From: Pelomyxa schiedti
Lineage: Eukaryota; Protista; Evosea
DNA: 64,000 nucleotides
Assembly (NCBI GenBank): GCA_020536535.1
Contig: JAHLWZ010000225.1
Span: 21,404 to 85,403 of the forward strand
Direction: 5' to 3'
Shown piece after piece: positions 22,720-35,400 of the stretch. The position numbers and the translations under genes are program-made. The notes beneath the pieces are model-generated. The model saw only the letters and a list, made by a program, of their open reading frames with translations, was not told where the DNA came from and did not search any database. Numbering within the stretch: the first letter of the stretch is position 1; each line of letters opens with the position of its first letter.

Positions 22720-25700
22720 TCAAACAGAGTCATCAGCAGGACGCTGGAATGAGGTACGGGTGTTGTGAGATAGGCTGTTGCCTGAGGATGTAGTTTTAGA
22801 TTGTGTGGTGGTGAGAAGTGTTGCCCATCGTTTGGAATTGTCTTGGAGATTGTGGTGTAGTGTATCGGCGAAGCCCGGAGGCAGAATTTGTGATACGACT
22901 TCTACAAAGGGTGTTTCAACAAAGTCGATGAATGTGGATTGTGCTTTAGCGATATTCTGTTGTGCATTCAGGATAGAATATCACAAAGGGGGTGGCAAAC
23001 TTACTGTTGTTTTCCGATCCATAAAAGGGGAAATAGGCAATCCGTTTTCTCTTTCGTGCTCTCCTTGTTGGAAGAATTCCTTGTTGTGTCAGCCTTTAGT
23101 TTGAAAAAGAATCTGAAAATACATACTTCCATCACACACTCTGCCCAGGTCTGGGCAACAGACCACTTTCTAATTGCATTGCTAATATCGGCTAATTTTA
23201 ATAAAATTTTCAGACATAACTCTCGTTCTGCCTAATTTTCTGTTAGGTTTTTGTGAAAACACAGAAATAAACCTGTTTAGTATAGTCTAATTCATGAGAA
23301 CTGGCACGAATGGCCTTCAATTGACCTATGATCTCGATGTGCTTAGACATGTCTTGCCAGAAATGAGTTCTAACAAATGATGAGGGGAAGTCAAACCTGT
23401 ACTCAAAACCAGAGCCACCACAAGTCGATGGAAATCTTGGATTTGGGCCTGGGTTTAAAGTGACCGGGAGAAAAGTATGGTTAAATGAAACCTTTGGCCA
23501 GGCGGCAAGGAAATTGATTTCTGGACGAGAAAAAAGCAAATTAAATGCTTCAGATACATGCATGCTTTCCAGAATCTACTAGCTCATAAGAATTGAGATA
23601 TTGTGCTAAGTTCATACAGATATGCCATTATACTTAAGGGCAAGAGCATCAAGAGATGCATATAGAAAGCCATTATTCACTCCTGGATGCAAGTAGTCGT
23701 GAATCTAAGAATGGTAAAAAAGAAAAGAAAACAACTGAGGAAGTGGATACAAATGTCGAAAAAATGGCCGCAAGTAACTCTGTGTTGGTGAAGTGGTGTG
23801 GACCCACGGCCTGCAGTAGAGAGTGCATTGCCTGAGCTACATCCACGGCATGTACAGCGGTATGGTAGGGATTTTTCTTGAAGTATCCAGCTTCCACTTG
23901 TTGAAAATAGGACATAACTTTGTCCAGTTCAAAATGGAAAAAGTCAATGAGTCCATATTCTTTCAGCAAGTGTGTAGCAATGGTAGAAAATACAACATTG
24001 GTTTGTTGCCCAACAAACATTTTGGCAACATCAAAGTCCCACGAGGAAAAACCACGTGGAAGAGATTCCTCCATGGATGATGTACCGCTGCTCTTCATTA
24101 ATATGGAACAAATCACTAAGTGACGATTACATTGTTGACAGAGGCACCCCGGGACCTGTCGGCTCGGAGGGACCACCAGTCGCTCCCAATAGTGTTGTTA
24201 GTACATAGAGATCTGTCTCTGCATCCAGCTCTGAAAAGGAGAGTGAGTTGCTTTGAGCTCAAAGTTTATGACGTGAAACCTCCTAGTTGCTTTTTTGATA
24301 TGAAATCAGCTTTATATAACTTGTTGCTTGATATAATGCCAACAATTTCCATGATTTTTTTCTTGTGAATTTCTGGGATTTCTAAAAGCTAGTTAGACAG
24401 GTTTTTGCGTGCTCATAGGAATACTGGAAACTTTGTTGAGTGCCATTAGTTCTTTTATCACGTATTCAGCAGGGGTGCCAAGAAGTGTCCCACTTCCCCT
24501 CTCAAAAAGGTCTACTTTTTCAGCTAGAAGAGAGGCCTTCAGAAAGTTAGATGTTACAACAACGGAATGGTAGTGTGCCTTGTTTTTATATCTCACAGAA
24601 ACCACAGTAAGAATTCCTACTACAGCCACCAATACAACCACAAATGCTGCGGGAATGGCAACGACAAGTGGAATAATAGAAGTTGCTGATTTAAAATAGG
24701 ACTCTGGGGTTCCAACACACAAGATCCAGGGCGTGTCGGTGACATTCGTGTATGTGATAACAAAGCGGGTGTCATTAAGACTCAAGGTGACATAACAAAA
24801 AGAACAGTTCAGGTTTGAGAGAATCTAAAAGGGGTACTGAGGAGAGAAAGAGAAAATGAAATTTAAATACATTACTAAAATTGGCTGATGCCTGTGCAAT
24901 AGTGTAGGATCTGGAAAGGTTTCGTGCTTCTCCAAAAATAATTGGATAAGCTATTGTGGAGCCAATGACAAAGCCACCATCTGAAAGCATCAAGAAAGAG
25001 AATTGCCCGGAAACTAAGGGGAAAGACTCCAGTATTGTTTCTGTGGATTTCAAAGACATCATCACTAAAGTCCCCATAATGAATGTATTTCCTTCCCAAA
25101 TGGGGTATCCAATGCCAACTTCTACGGCTGGTGGAATTCGTTAGTTGAAGAATGAACAAGATGCATATAGATACCTTGAATAAGAGAAGAATAAAGGGGA
25201 TCTCCGTAAGAGGCTGTCTCTAATGAATTTTCCTTTGGTGCTACTAATTTCCAAAAGGGGTTTCTCTCCATTCCCAAGTCGGCAATCGTGATACCGTAGG
25301 GTGCAAGAGAACCTGATAAGACAAGTACCCTTCAACAGCAGTTAGTACAATACAAAATTGAAGGGCACTGTGACCTTAGCCATTCTTCTGTACCCAAAGC
25401 CCAAGAGATACTTTCAGGAATGTGAGCGCAGTACGAAGGAGCAAGTATTTCAAGAATACGCGAGAGTGCGAGATATGAAGTAGCATTACAAACGGCCTCA
25501 CAGCTAGAACAAACAGTTTGCCCTTAAAAAAAAGGTTCAGCACGAACTGATAAACAATTGGACCCAACCAGGAAAAAATTTGTTGCAATAATCAAGCCAA
25601 GAGGTATTGGAAGGCAGACAAGGACAATAGGGGAAGTTCGAAGGAAGACTAGGAGGTTCTTCGTTATCCACTGTTACTATGAACTAAATTCCATAAGTTG

Positions 25701-26193
25701 TGCCACGCATTACCAGAAGTCGAGAGTCACCTCAGATCTCCTATCAGAATTCTCGTCTACAAGCATGCCCCATGGATAAGTGCCACTGGTATCCACCACT
25801 TTGGTAAGACTTGTCAACTCCACGTCAGAGTTGCCGGTCCAATCAAGAACTCTCTCCTCACGAATAACCCTTGCGGTAATTCTGAGAACCTTTTTGTTTC
25901 CCATGAGAAACCGAAACACAACAGAAAACTAACTCACAGCAATGGCCGTACTGAAAGCAGGTGAAATTTTACCAGACAAAGCCAACGTAGATTCCATCAT
26001 GTAGTCCACTCGACTCCTGGCAGTTAAAATGAGCAAAACCAACGGATTGAAAAAAAACGACAAGCTGTTTGACATACTCCTCCAGACCAGAACAAACACA
26101 ACAAGAGATCAAACAAGCAATAAGAAGGTGCCACAACCAAAGATGCTTCCCTAACGCCCCCTTGCCGGGGCGGGACAAACCTACACCAATCAT
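22720..26193 (-). CDS. Class I cyclic-nucleotide phosphodiesterase with signal/TM, extracellular Cache-like domain and transmembrane helix
   Basis: PDEase: SWDFDV...NPYHTAVHAVDVAQAMHSLL...ELLAAIFST, DMSKH, FFQQGEHERENGLPISPFMDR, AQSTFIDFV. Upstream Cache-like strands VGIGYPIWEGNTFIMGTL and RFVITYTNVTDTPWILCVGTPESYF, then TM IIPLVVAIPAAFVVVLVAVVGIL. Confidence 0.88.
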
Positions 26194-26518
26194 TTTTTTG
26201 TTCTTTTCTGCTTTTAGTTTTTCACTTAAACTCGAGGTTAAAATTTCTTCACGACTGTCTCGGTTAAATGCATGCAACTCAACAATCACTTAAATAGGAT
26301 CTTAGCCGAAAAGTGTTTCCTCGAGCACATACATTCTCATCATTGAATCTGGGGTGTGGGAGGGGTGTTTTCCATGCCAAGCAAACACAAAAAGCGTGCT
26401 TCTGCGATTCGAGCCGTTGAGAAATTTGATGGCGATCGTATTGGGAACTTGTTACTCTTGCAATTTGGTGGTTTTTGGCAGACTGACCGGGGAGGTCAAA
26501 AAAAATCTCCAAAAACAC

Positions 26519-28842
26519 TTAGCCTAAGGATCGGTACCACAGGTCAAGTTCCGCAGCAAAAGCACCTGGTCCTACAAGTGGCTTGCATTCATTTACAATG
26601 AAATCTGCCGGCAACCCCAGCCTCTTTACTGTGTAGGCGGCATTATGGGCCGAAGCTGTCACAATGGGCAGCAGATACTTCTTGGTGACTTCAGCTTCAA
26701 TTTCCGGGAACTTGTTCAGAATCATCCTACATGTGGATAGGCTAATGTAACTTAGGTCTTCATACCAAGTCCATTGGTTATAGCACTCGAGAAACTAAGT
26801 GATTTGTTAAATGGAATGGAAAGGAGGATACTGTTCTGTTACCTCTTTGAGGGAGATGTTAAAGCGGTCAATAAGCCAAGAGCAGCACCCACGTTTATTG
26901 TTTTCCAGCATTGTCTTCATAAGTCTGATTCCATTGCACCTGATGTGCGCGGATGTGAGATTGAAGTATGATATGATCCACTTCACAACTTTCGAGGAGG
27001 AAATTGTTGTAGCGGTGCTAAGGCAACTGGCAACAAAATCTGCAGAGAGAGTGAACTTGGATACAAATACCTTCACATCAGGCAAGTGCCAACTGAGCAT
27101 GGTTACAAAGGTGGATTTCAACAGTTCACTGTGCTCAAGCTGTTGCAGGCCTGGAAGCAAGGGAAATTCATACAGAACAAACATGAGGGTCTCCGGAGCT
27201 AACTTGGATGCTATCTCTTCGACGATAACTAGCAGTGAGGCTCCTTCCAACTTCCTCTCAAGGTGACAAAGAACCCACTTGAGGGAACTAATGCTCTCAA
27301 CACATTTCTTACAAAGCTCCACCACATTACAGGGATTTGAGTTGATAGAGGCCATAATGTGGCGGGTACCTTCAAGGAAGTTTGCAACAGAGATGTTTCC
27401 ATTGGCCAATGCACGGCAGAGGCAATTCTTCAGAGCGTCACAAGGAAGGGCCACCTTTTCACACAGCAGGCATACGAGTTCTACATTGTCATGGTGGTTC
27501 CCACAGGCCTGGTTCACGGTCTCCACTGTGGGTACTGCTCCACCCTGAATGTGCCACTCAACGTGCTTCAAGCTCTGGATTTCTCTTGTAGCTACTACGC
27601 AGTAGGAATTCAAGATTTGTTCCGTTGGTGTGATTTTTGCAGATTCAAAAATCCAGTGTCTCATAGCAACGTTGCTCAGTTTCTCCAGAGAACTCGGCAT
27701 CACAGAACCCCACATTAACGATACTACAACATCCTGCGCCAATTCTGGAGAACACTTCTCGTTGTGCACCAGGGTGTCCACTATCTCTTGCTCCAGTAAA
27801 GAACTGTATGCAGAGTGGAAGTGGAGGGTGGCCCAATTGATAATGCCAGGGTCGTTGCCCATTGCGCAGGCGTGGAGGCCGCAAAAGCAACACTTCCCCG
27901 CGTAACTATTTAAGGCCTCATCGAGTCCAAAAGTAGACACCAGCCACTGGGCTATCTCCAGATGCCCATTTGCCAGAGCCGCCTCCAGAGGTTGGTAAAG
28001 TTCCCACGGCTGCTTGATTCCAAACCTATCCACAGCCCACTGGAGTGCATCCAAGCTCCCAGCCTCGCACACAGCGTCGAGAATGTGGTGATTCCCCTGC
28101 ATGTCTTCCACCAAATCAGCATCATCCCCAACAGGCCACTTTACACAACATAAGCAACAGAAGCAATTCCCACACTTTGCTCCTTTTATCATTCCTCCTC
28201 CTTCTGTCTCTGTTGGTGGGAACAACAAAACCAAAAACAAAAAACAAAAAACAAAACAAACAAAAAACAAAACAAACAAAAAACAAAACAAACAAAAAAC
28301 CCAGTTAGCTTACTGCATAGATACATATCAGTAAATCAACCATTTCCATCACGATGGCCTATGCTTCCCCCCAGACACGGAGAGGCGCTGCAGCAACAGC
28401 AACAACGACAACAACAACCATCAACAAAGCACCTTGCGGACGCCGCGTGGCCGCCGTCGCACAGGCCGCACAGCACCGCCGCGCACTCCATCCCGCGGTT
28501 CCTGGTCGGCTTGCGCCCCAGCACCCAGTTGACGCACCTCCAGCTGTGCGCCTGCGCCGCGCACCGCGCCGCGAAGTAGCGGCTGTGGCGGCCCAGCAGG
28601 GGCAGCGAGACCGCGCGGCGGCACGCCAGCCCGACCAGCGGGAACATGGCGTCGGCCGCGCGGAACAGCCCCACGGCCGCCTGCACCGCGTCCACCGGGC
28701 GCCCCGCGTAGCTCGTCGTGGCCGGCAGGGGGTCCTCGAGGGGAGAAGAAGGGGGAGGGGGGTCCAGCCACCCCGCGCTGATCACGTGGTCCCACACGAT
28801 ACGGCACAGGAACAAGAAGCCTTGCTGCTGGGTAACGTCCAT
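26519..28842 (-). CDS. Ankyrin-repeat-like protein, same lineage family as 68..1309
   Basis: Exon 1 MDVTQQQGFLFLCRIVWDHV... (GC-rich), intron ~28205-28340, long exon with VCEAGSLDALQWAV, AALANGHLEIAQWL, RALANGNISVANFL. Two small introns then join ...NISLKE|FLECYNQWT|WMILNKFPEI...RSLG*. Confidence 0.8.
28221..28300. repeat. (A)nC / AAAAC-type microsatellite inside an intron
   Basis: aacaacaaaaccaaaaacaaaaaacaaaaaacaaaacaaa...; a T-rich tract on the coding (-) strand. Confidence 0.9.
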
Positions 28843-29023
28843 GGTCTACCTCCTTTGTTGTGCTTCTCTCGTATGCTGGTTCTCGTATGCTAGTGGTTGG
28901 TACTGTGGCTGTACGGACAACGACAGTTGGGTGGGCGACTTTCGGGAAGCCAGAGAGGGGCAATTAGGAGTCGATTGTGGATCTAAATCCAATCTAAACC
29001 CTTCAGTTGCATTGCCAAGGAAG

Positions 29024-30170
29024 ATGGCGGACACCAACACCAACGCAGATGCGACACCCACCGCCCCTACGACGACGACGACTGCAGCGAGTGCAGCCGC
29101 GCCGTCGGTAGTGGCAGCGACGTCGGCGTCGGGGGAAAAATCAACTGTGGTATCAACCACTGCTTCATCGTCCCCGGCGCAGGAGGAAGAAGAGCAAAAA
29201 AAGGTTGAAGAGGAACAGCAAAAAAAGACTGAGGCGGAGAGCCAACCGTTGGTGTCACCTTTTGGTCATGCCTTGCCAAAACCAATTCAGTTTAAAGACC
29301 GTGTGTGGCAATCCATGTCATTTTCCCCTCTTCTTACTTTGTTTTTGTTTTTCTGTTTTACTTTGTTTCGTGTTGTTTTTAAAAATAAAACGAAACCAAA
29401 AACAAAACAAAAAAAAAACCCCACAACAACGTAACGCAACTAATTACTTATACTGCATTTATAAATATATGACGTATGTTTGCAGTACCAGAGGCACCTA
29501 GTTCAGCAACTAGAAGAGGAATGGGGGCTAGAGGAAGGGGACTTGCTGTACCTCGCCATGTTGCAACGATGGCATCTGAGGATCCCTCTGTGAGAGCACA
29601 ACGCGCACAGAGATTCGGTATTCCAGTGCAAGAACCGCAATCCGAAATTCCACATCCACGCAATAGGGTACTTCCTTAAAACTGAGTAATTAATTAAGTG
29701 TAAGCCGGAGATATAATATTCTGAACACACATACAACTGACAAGCACAGCAGGCACCATTCCCATCACCCCAGAGACAACCCAAACAAGCACTGGCAGAT
29801 ACCGTCGTTGCAGAAGATGCCGAGCGCAGACGTAAGCGCATAGAAAGATTCGGTCTTCCTCCCGACGTTGGTACCAATGCCAAGCGCCCCCGTACCCCTG
29901 AAAAAGTAATTCTCCCCCTCCAAACTGCATCTCTTTATGTTCCTAATATCTTGTAGCAGACTGATTCCAAGCCCGTGACTATCCCACAAGAAACCAATGA
30001 CAACAAGACTGTACCTCCCACAAATACAACACAACCAGCTAATCAAACAGAGGAGACCCCCAAACCAGCACCGTCCACCACTGAGTAAAGAATTCAACGT
30101 TAACAAACTGTTTCTCTTTTTTTTTTCTTTTAAAGTCTCTCCAGTGGAAGTGAAAAAGCATAGGTCCTAG
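29024..30170 (+). CDS. THO1/MOS11/SARNP C-terminal-motif protein
   Basis: Repeated motif: EDPSVRAQRAQRFGIP and EDAERRRKRIERFGLP; Ala/Thr-rich N-terminus; last exon SPVEVKKHRS*. Confidence 0.7.
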
Positions 30171-30242
30171 TTCTTATACATATACAACAACAAAATTTTC
30201 AAGGTTACTTTCTCACACCAAGCTCTGGTTCTGACTGCCTCA

Positions 30243-31676
30243 CTAGCACTCAGAATTGGTTTTTCCTTTCTCTTCACCCTTCCCTGCATTATCTTTCTCT
30301 TCATCGTTATCTTCTTCCCCCCCTTCAATGTTGATAATAACTTCATCATCACTGCCACTATGCCGCCCATTCCCACTGCTCTCTTTCACTTCAGCACTAC
30401 GTTGACGGGAATCTTCCACAGTATCCCCTGCCACTGCTACTCTTTTTGCATTGTCTGGCTGCTGGTGCACTTCAGCTGGCAGTTCATTCAATTCTATCTG
30501 ACCACATCCAGCTAAATCTTCAGCAGAAGGTTTTTTCGAGAGTTTCTGCAAAAAGGTACCAATTTTGGTTTTCTGTGGATGATATTAAGGAGTGTACGAT
30601 TTGATTGTCATACCAGTGGACTAAAGTAGAACAATAGTCCAAGAAGGATGAACAATTGAATTCCCGAAACCAGTTGAGGGAGCCATGTGCTCCATGTATC
30701 TTTTGCAACAAATATCATAAAACCAGCACCAATAAGTGTCCCAGGAGCAAAAACGCACACCATCGGTAGGGACAGTGTACGTGCTGCCTTTTGAACGTGA
30801 GTTCGCAGGTAATGAGGGGCACATAAAACCTTAGTCCAAAAGGTTGTCCATATTTGGGGTGCCCACTCTACAACAGTAAGTAATGCGGCAAATATTCCAA
30901 GCCCCTTGGCGAGGTATATTGTTGGGTCTGCACAGGGACCAAGGTACACACTACACAGCTGAGAAAGAATATGAAAGAGGTGGAAAAACCTAAAAAGAAC
31001 GCCTACAGTGGCCATCACTGCGAAGTAAAACAAAAATCCAAGCAAACATAAAACCCCAAATGTAAAGTGCTTGGGGTTCCTCTTGGGGGTCTTAAAGAAC
31101 ATAACCCAATACACCAAACTTATTTTAAGTGAGTTGGAATTGCCATACAACTAATGACGGTCGTACAAAGGGAAACAAAATATCCACGACAAAAAATTTT
31201 GCCATAAAGAAAACAATGATGGCATGCATTCATTGATACCCTTTTGAAAGATAAATAAGACACGAAAAATGGATAACATACCACAATTCCACAAGCTTTA
31301 ATTTGTAGTTGCTTAAGCAAAACTATGCAAATGGTAAGTGGTTATTTTCATCGTAAGAGATACATGTGTTGGCTGCTACAGAAGATAGTTTTATATTCTG
31401 CATAAGTAGTGATGTCATACTCACTCCTTCGTGAGTTCTTTTTTTGAAAAATTTCACATGCTAGCAGGCACATGTTAAAGAATATAGCAGGGACATACTG
31501 CACATTTGGCAGTGGGGTACCTGTGGCAAGACAGCAAGCGCTACTGCAGCAACAATAATTGAGTACATTATCTTCTTCTGTAAGCTCATATCCACGAGAA
31601 TATTCATCCACTGCTCGTACTCCGAACCCGATGTGTCAGGGTCCTCAGGGTTGTGTTTGCATGGATCAAGCGACAT
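30243..31676 (-). CDS. PQ-loop repeat membrane protein with acidic cytosolic tail
   Basis: ALAVLPQ...IFQKKNSEGVS (first PQ loop), LLTVVEWAPQIWTTFWTK...RTLSL (second PQ loop), DTWSTWLPQLVSGIQLFILL. Confidence 0.88.
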
Positions 31677-32489
31677 TTTATGGAAGTGATCGTGGTGCTT
31701 GTATGCTTGTCGTCGTCGACCTCACAGATCAGAGATCGCGTCTCAGATGATTCTAGTGACCCACAACGGCAACAAAGGGGCCGTTGTATGCAACCAGTCT
31801 CAACGCCCGTTACGTAGATCCGCAGGCACAAAAAACCCAATGCACAAGAGCGATACTATTTGTCGTTCCTCTCAAGCACCAACACTACGGTAGATCTGAG
31901 ACCTCAACCTCCCCTTAGCCTTTGTTTGTTTGTTTGTGCCCAGTGTCGTCTAGTGCTCACTTACTTCAGGTCGATCAAAAAGTTGCAAGAAAGAAAAAAT
32001 TCGAAGCGGGATTCCCTTTTTCCGAACTTTCTTCTTGCCATCGGTATACCTTATATGGTGATTGGGGGAATGATCAGAGTTGTCCATAGCGGTACCCTAT
32101 GCGCCTTCACTCCGGCCCTCGTACGGTGAAGGGGCAGTTGGAAGCTGATTGGGTGCGCAAGAGCGCATTTGATGAATCAAAGAGCAAATTCTGGGAAGAG
32201 ACCATCGAAAAAATATTTCTCTGATCTTCCGAAACGAACTAAAGAGTCGCGTACGGCTGGATCTTGCTGATGTCGTCTGAGTATCAACCGCCCTCACATC
32301 TGTAGTTATTCTCACTATTTTGAACTCAGACCTCAAAGTGGAGCCACTGTCGACGTGCCCGAAAATGACGCGAGTAAGCCAACCCATAACTTCTTTTTTT
32401 CCTCCCCTCCCTTACATTCAAGCACTCGTGCCTATTTATATTTCGCAATGCTGTTAATAGTATTATCACTTTCACTTCTGACAAGCAGC

Positions 32490-35400
32490 AATAAAAGCTA
32501 GAGGTAAATGGAACGTAGGGGGCACTGCCAACCCCTCTACCGTTGCAGCTCGTAGACGTTCAGTACAAGCACATCAACCTCCTGCTGTCCTTTTTAATGC
32601 TGGAGGGCACAGAGGCACACCTGCTACACCTGCAGAAAGTCCTCCTGTTGTGAAGAAAAAAGTTGAACTGGCATCTATTGAAGTTGCCATTAAGGTTGCC
32701 TCTGTTAATTTCGTGCTTTAACACTGATTAGGACTTGGATCAACTCCAGCATAATCTCACTCAATTTTATCAAGCCACCAGAAAACAATTGAGTAGCCAA
32801 CAATGTACTGACATTTTTTTAAAATCTGTATATGCCATTGATTTCCCTTTAGCTTGGATTGAGGAAGCAGGAAATGCCGCCAGATGGGCTTCTGATTTGT
32901 CAGCAGACTCCTCTAAGAGTGAATACTTCCCCACAACAACCGACATAAGTATGACCCCTATTTTTTCCTTTTTTCTTTTCTCACTGTGAATAGCATCCAC
33001 TTTTATAGAGGCAGCCAATACTGCCAAACAATTCCATGCGAATTTTCTACCCCGTTTGGTATTTTCTCATGAATTTTCTCTATCTGTAACTCGTGTATAG
33101 AAGGTGTCGCTCAGTGAGCTTGGTGCAATGGAAACTTTTTCTGCTAAGAATATACAATTGCACAAAGTACTTCCTACGTCTTCTTTTTTTTTTTTTTTCG
33201 TTGTGGCATCATACAACACGACCAGAGCAACACCCCCACTCCCGCTTCCTTTATTGAGATGTTTTAGGCAATGTGGCAAGGAGTGCAACTTCCCAAAGAC
33301 ACATATGAAACTGCTAATGCAAAATTGTTGGCGGCCCAAAAAAAGGGAAAGTCTGTTGATTTAGCAAAACTTGCCGAGGTACAGAGCACTTATAAACTAG
33401 TGAGATTAACAGGGGGAACAAAATATTTTTAGGCACAACAAGAGCGTGAAACATCTTATGCTGCTTATTCAAAGAGTTATGATGAGGTGTACGATGAAGG
33501 ACTGGGCTTAGCTAACAGGCATGTTTTGGTTCCCATTTCCTAGTAGTCATACACAGTAGGACTATTGCCACGGCCTTAATCCAACTGTGCAATAACTTTG
33601 ATGGTTTCCTTGATTCCCTTAAAAAGTTACTCTCTTTTCTTCACTTCTTTTGGCTTAGTACCGCAGTTCTGTCCAAGCTATGGAGGAAATTAAATCCCAA
33701 ATTCAAATATGGAGACAACTAGCAAAGGAGGTTTGATACACCTGCAACTTATCATACTTACTGTAGAAGAAACTTGCCGAAGTCTCACACAAACCTCCTG
33801 AGGAAACTATACTCCCAAAGATTCCCAGGGAGGAGGTCTCTAATGTAGACGTATCTTGGCAACGATTTATAACAAAAGAAAAAGAATACTGTGAATCATT
33901 GAAGACAATCAATCAAGTTCACAGAAATCCTTTACTCCTTTTTTTTTACCTGAGCTTTAGAATTACCTTGCAAATATTCTGAAGGATGGCTCCCTCTTCA
34001 GTGAGATCACCAAAGAGCAAGTGGGTATCATTTTTTGCAATGTTCGTCATATCATGGATTTCCATACAGCCCTTGTGATTGGGCTATCATCACCAAACCC
34101 TGCTTCCGTTTTTATGGAAGAACTGGTGAGATTTAATGCTGGTAATTATTCTCTAATTTGTGCATCAGCCCAAACTGTGCGAATTATATGCCGGATACAT
34201 ATCAAACTTTGTGGATGCACAGCACACACTTAGCACATGTCAGTCTTCATCAAAAGTCTTCTCCCGAGTTATCAAGGTTTGTTTTTTTTTAACAAAAATG
34301 TTGTATTCCCTACTCCCCTCTGTTGTGTAAATTGTTCATATGCAAATAAGTCAAAACTTTGCAGGAATTGGATGGGAAGAGCCTCAAGGGTGACCTTCGT
34401 ACACTACTTTCTGCTCCACTCACCCGTGTCCGAGATTATTATTTGTTTTTTGAGGTTTTTCTTCTTTCCCTCTTCAACTTAGATTTAATGTCGAAAGAAT
34501 TACTCAACGGAAATCGGCGAAACGGACCCCATTCTGCAAGGCGTTGAAACACTGCACGAACTTTCTGAGCTGGCTGACATGGCAAGATTCACTCATCAGG
34601 TAGCCAAGTGCACTGTTAAATGTGATCTACCTATCCTTCTAGACAGCTCTAGTATCAAGTAATGTAATTGGATGGCCTGATGCGTACCCAGTACCTCCAG
34701 GAAGACGATTCATCATGCAAGCCTCCCTTGTCTCAAAGGAGCATGGTGCTGTTCGAGTTATGCTTTTCAGGTTGGGTAAATAACAACTTGTCGCTCTAAC
34801 AAAGTGCAGTGATATTCTTGTGATTTCAAAGCAAGTTACGGTAAAATCCAGCATAAAACTTCATTTCATCACTTCGACGCCACTACAAACGCTGTCAATA
34901 AAAGAAATTCCTGACATTTCTGCATGTGAGTACCGTTTTATTTCCTATCTCTTATTTTTTCCATTTTCCAGCAATGCACTACTGTCTTCAAATCGCAGAC
35001 CCTCAAACATTGATGCAGTTTGCTACAGAAAATGATGTAATAAGACAAGAAATTATAACTCAAACAAGTAAGGCAAGGGCAAAGGGTCTTCAAAAGAAAG
35101 GTGCTCCACAAATTTTTTCTTTCCATCTAACTTTCGATAGTGTTTCACGTCACTTTAAAAGAATTGATGACCACAAAAAGGGAAGAAGGAAGAGATGTAC
35201 CCTCTCTCGTGGAGTCAGCTGTCTCTTATCTAGAGCAAACCGGTTAGCCAGAGTTTTTCTATTGTTATTTTGTAAAAGAAATAGCTTTATCTGTGGAGGG
35301 TCTATTTCGTGTATCAGGAGATGCAAACCAAATTGAGAAGTTGCAAACAAAAGTAGAAGAAGAAGGCTAGGATCCTTTGTTTATATTTTTAGTAATCTTT

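Noticed and set aside
26807-26860. Apparent stop (PPFHSI*) ending the 494-aa ORF, with a separate 68-aa ORF at 26519..26725
   Set aside because: Two short GT-AG introns join them into one ankyrin-like gene.
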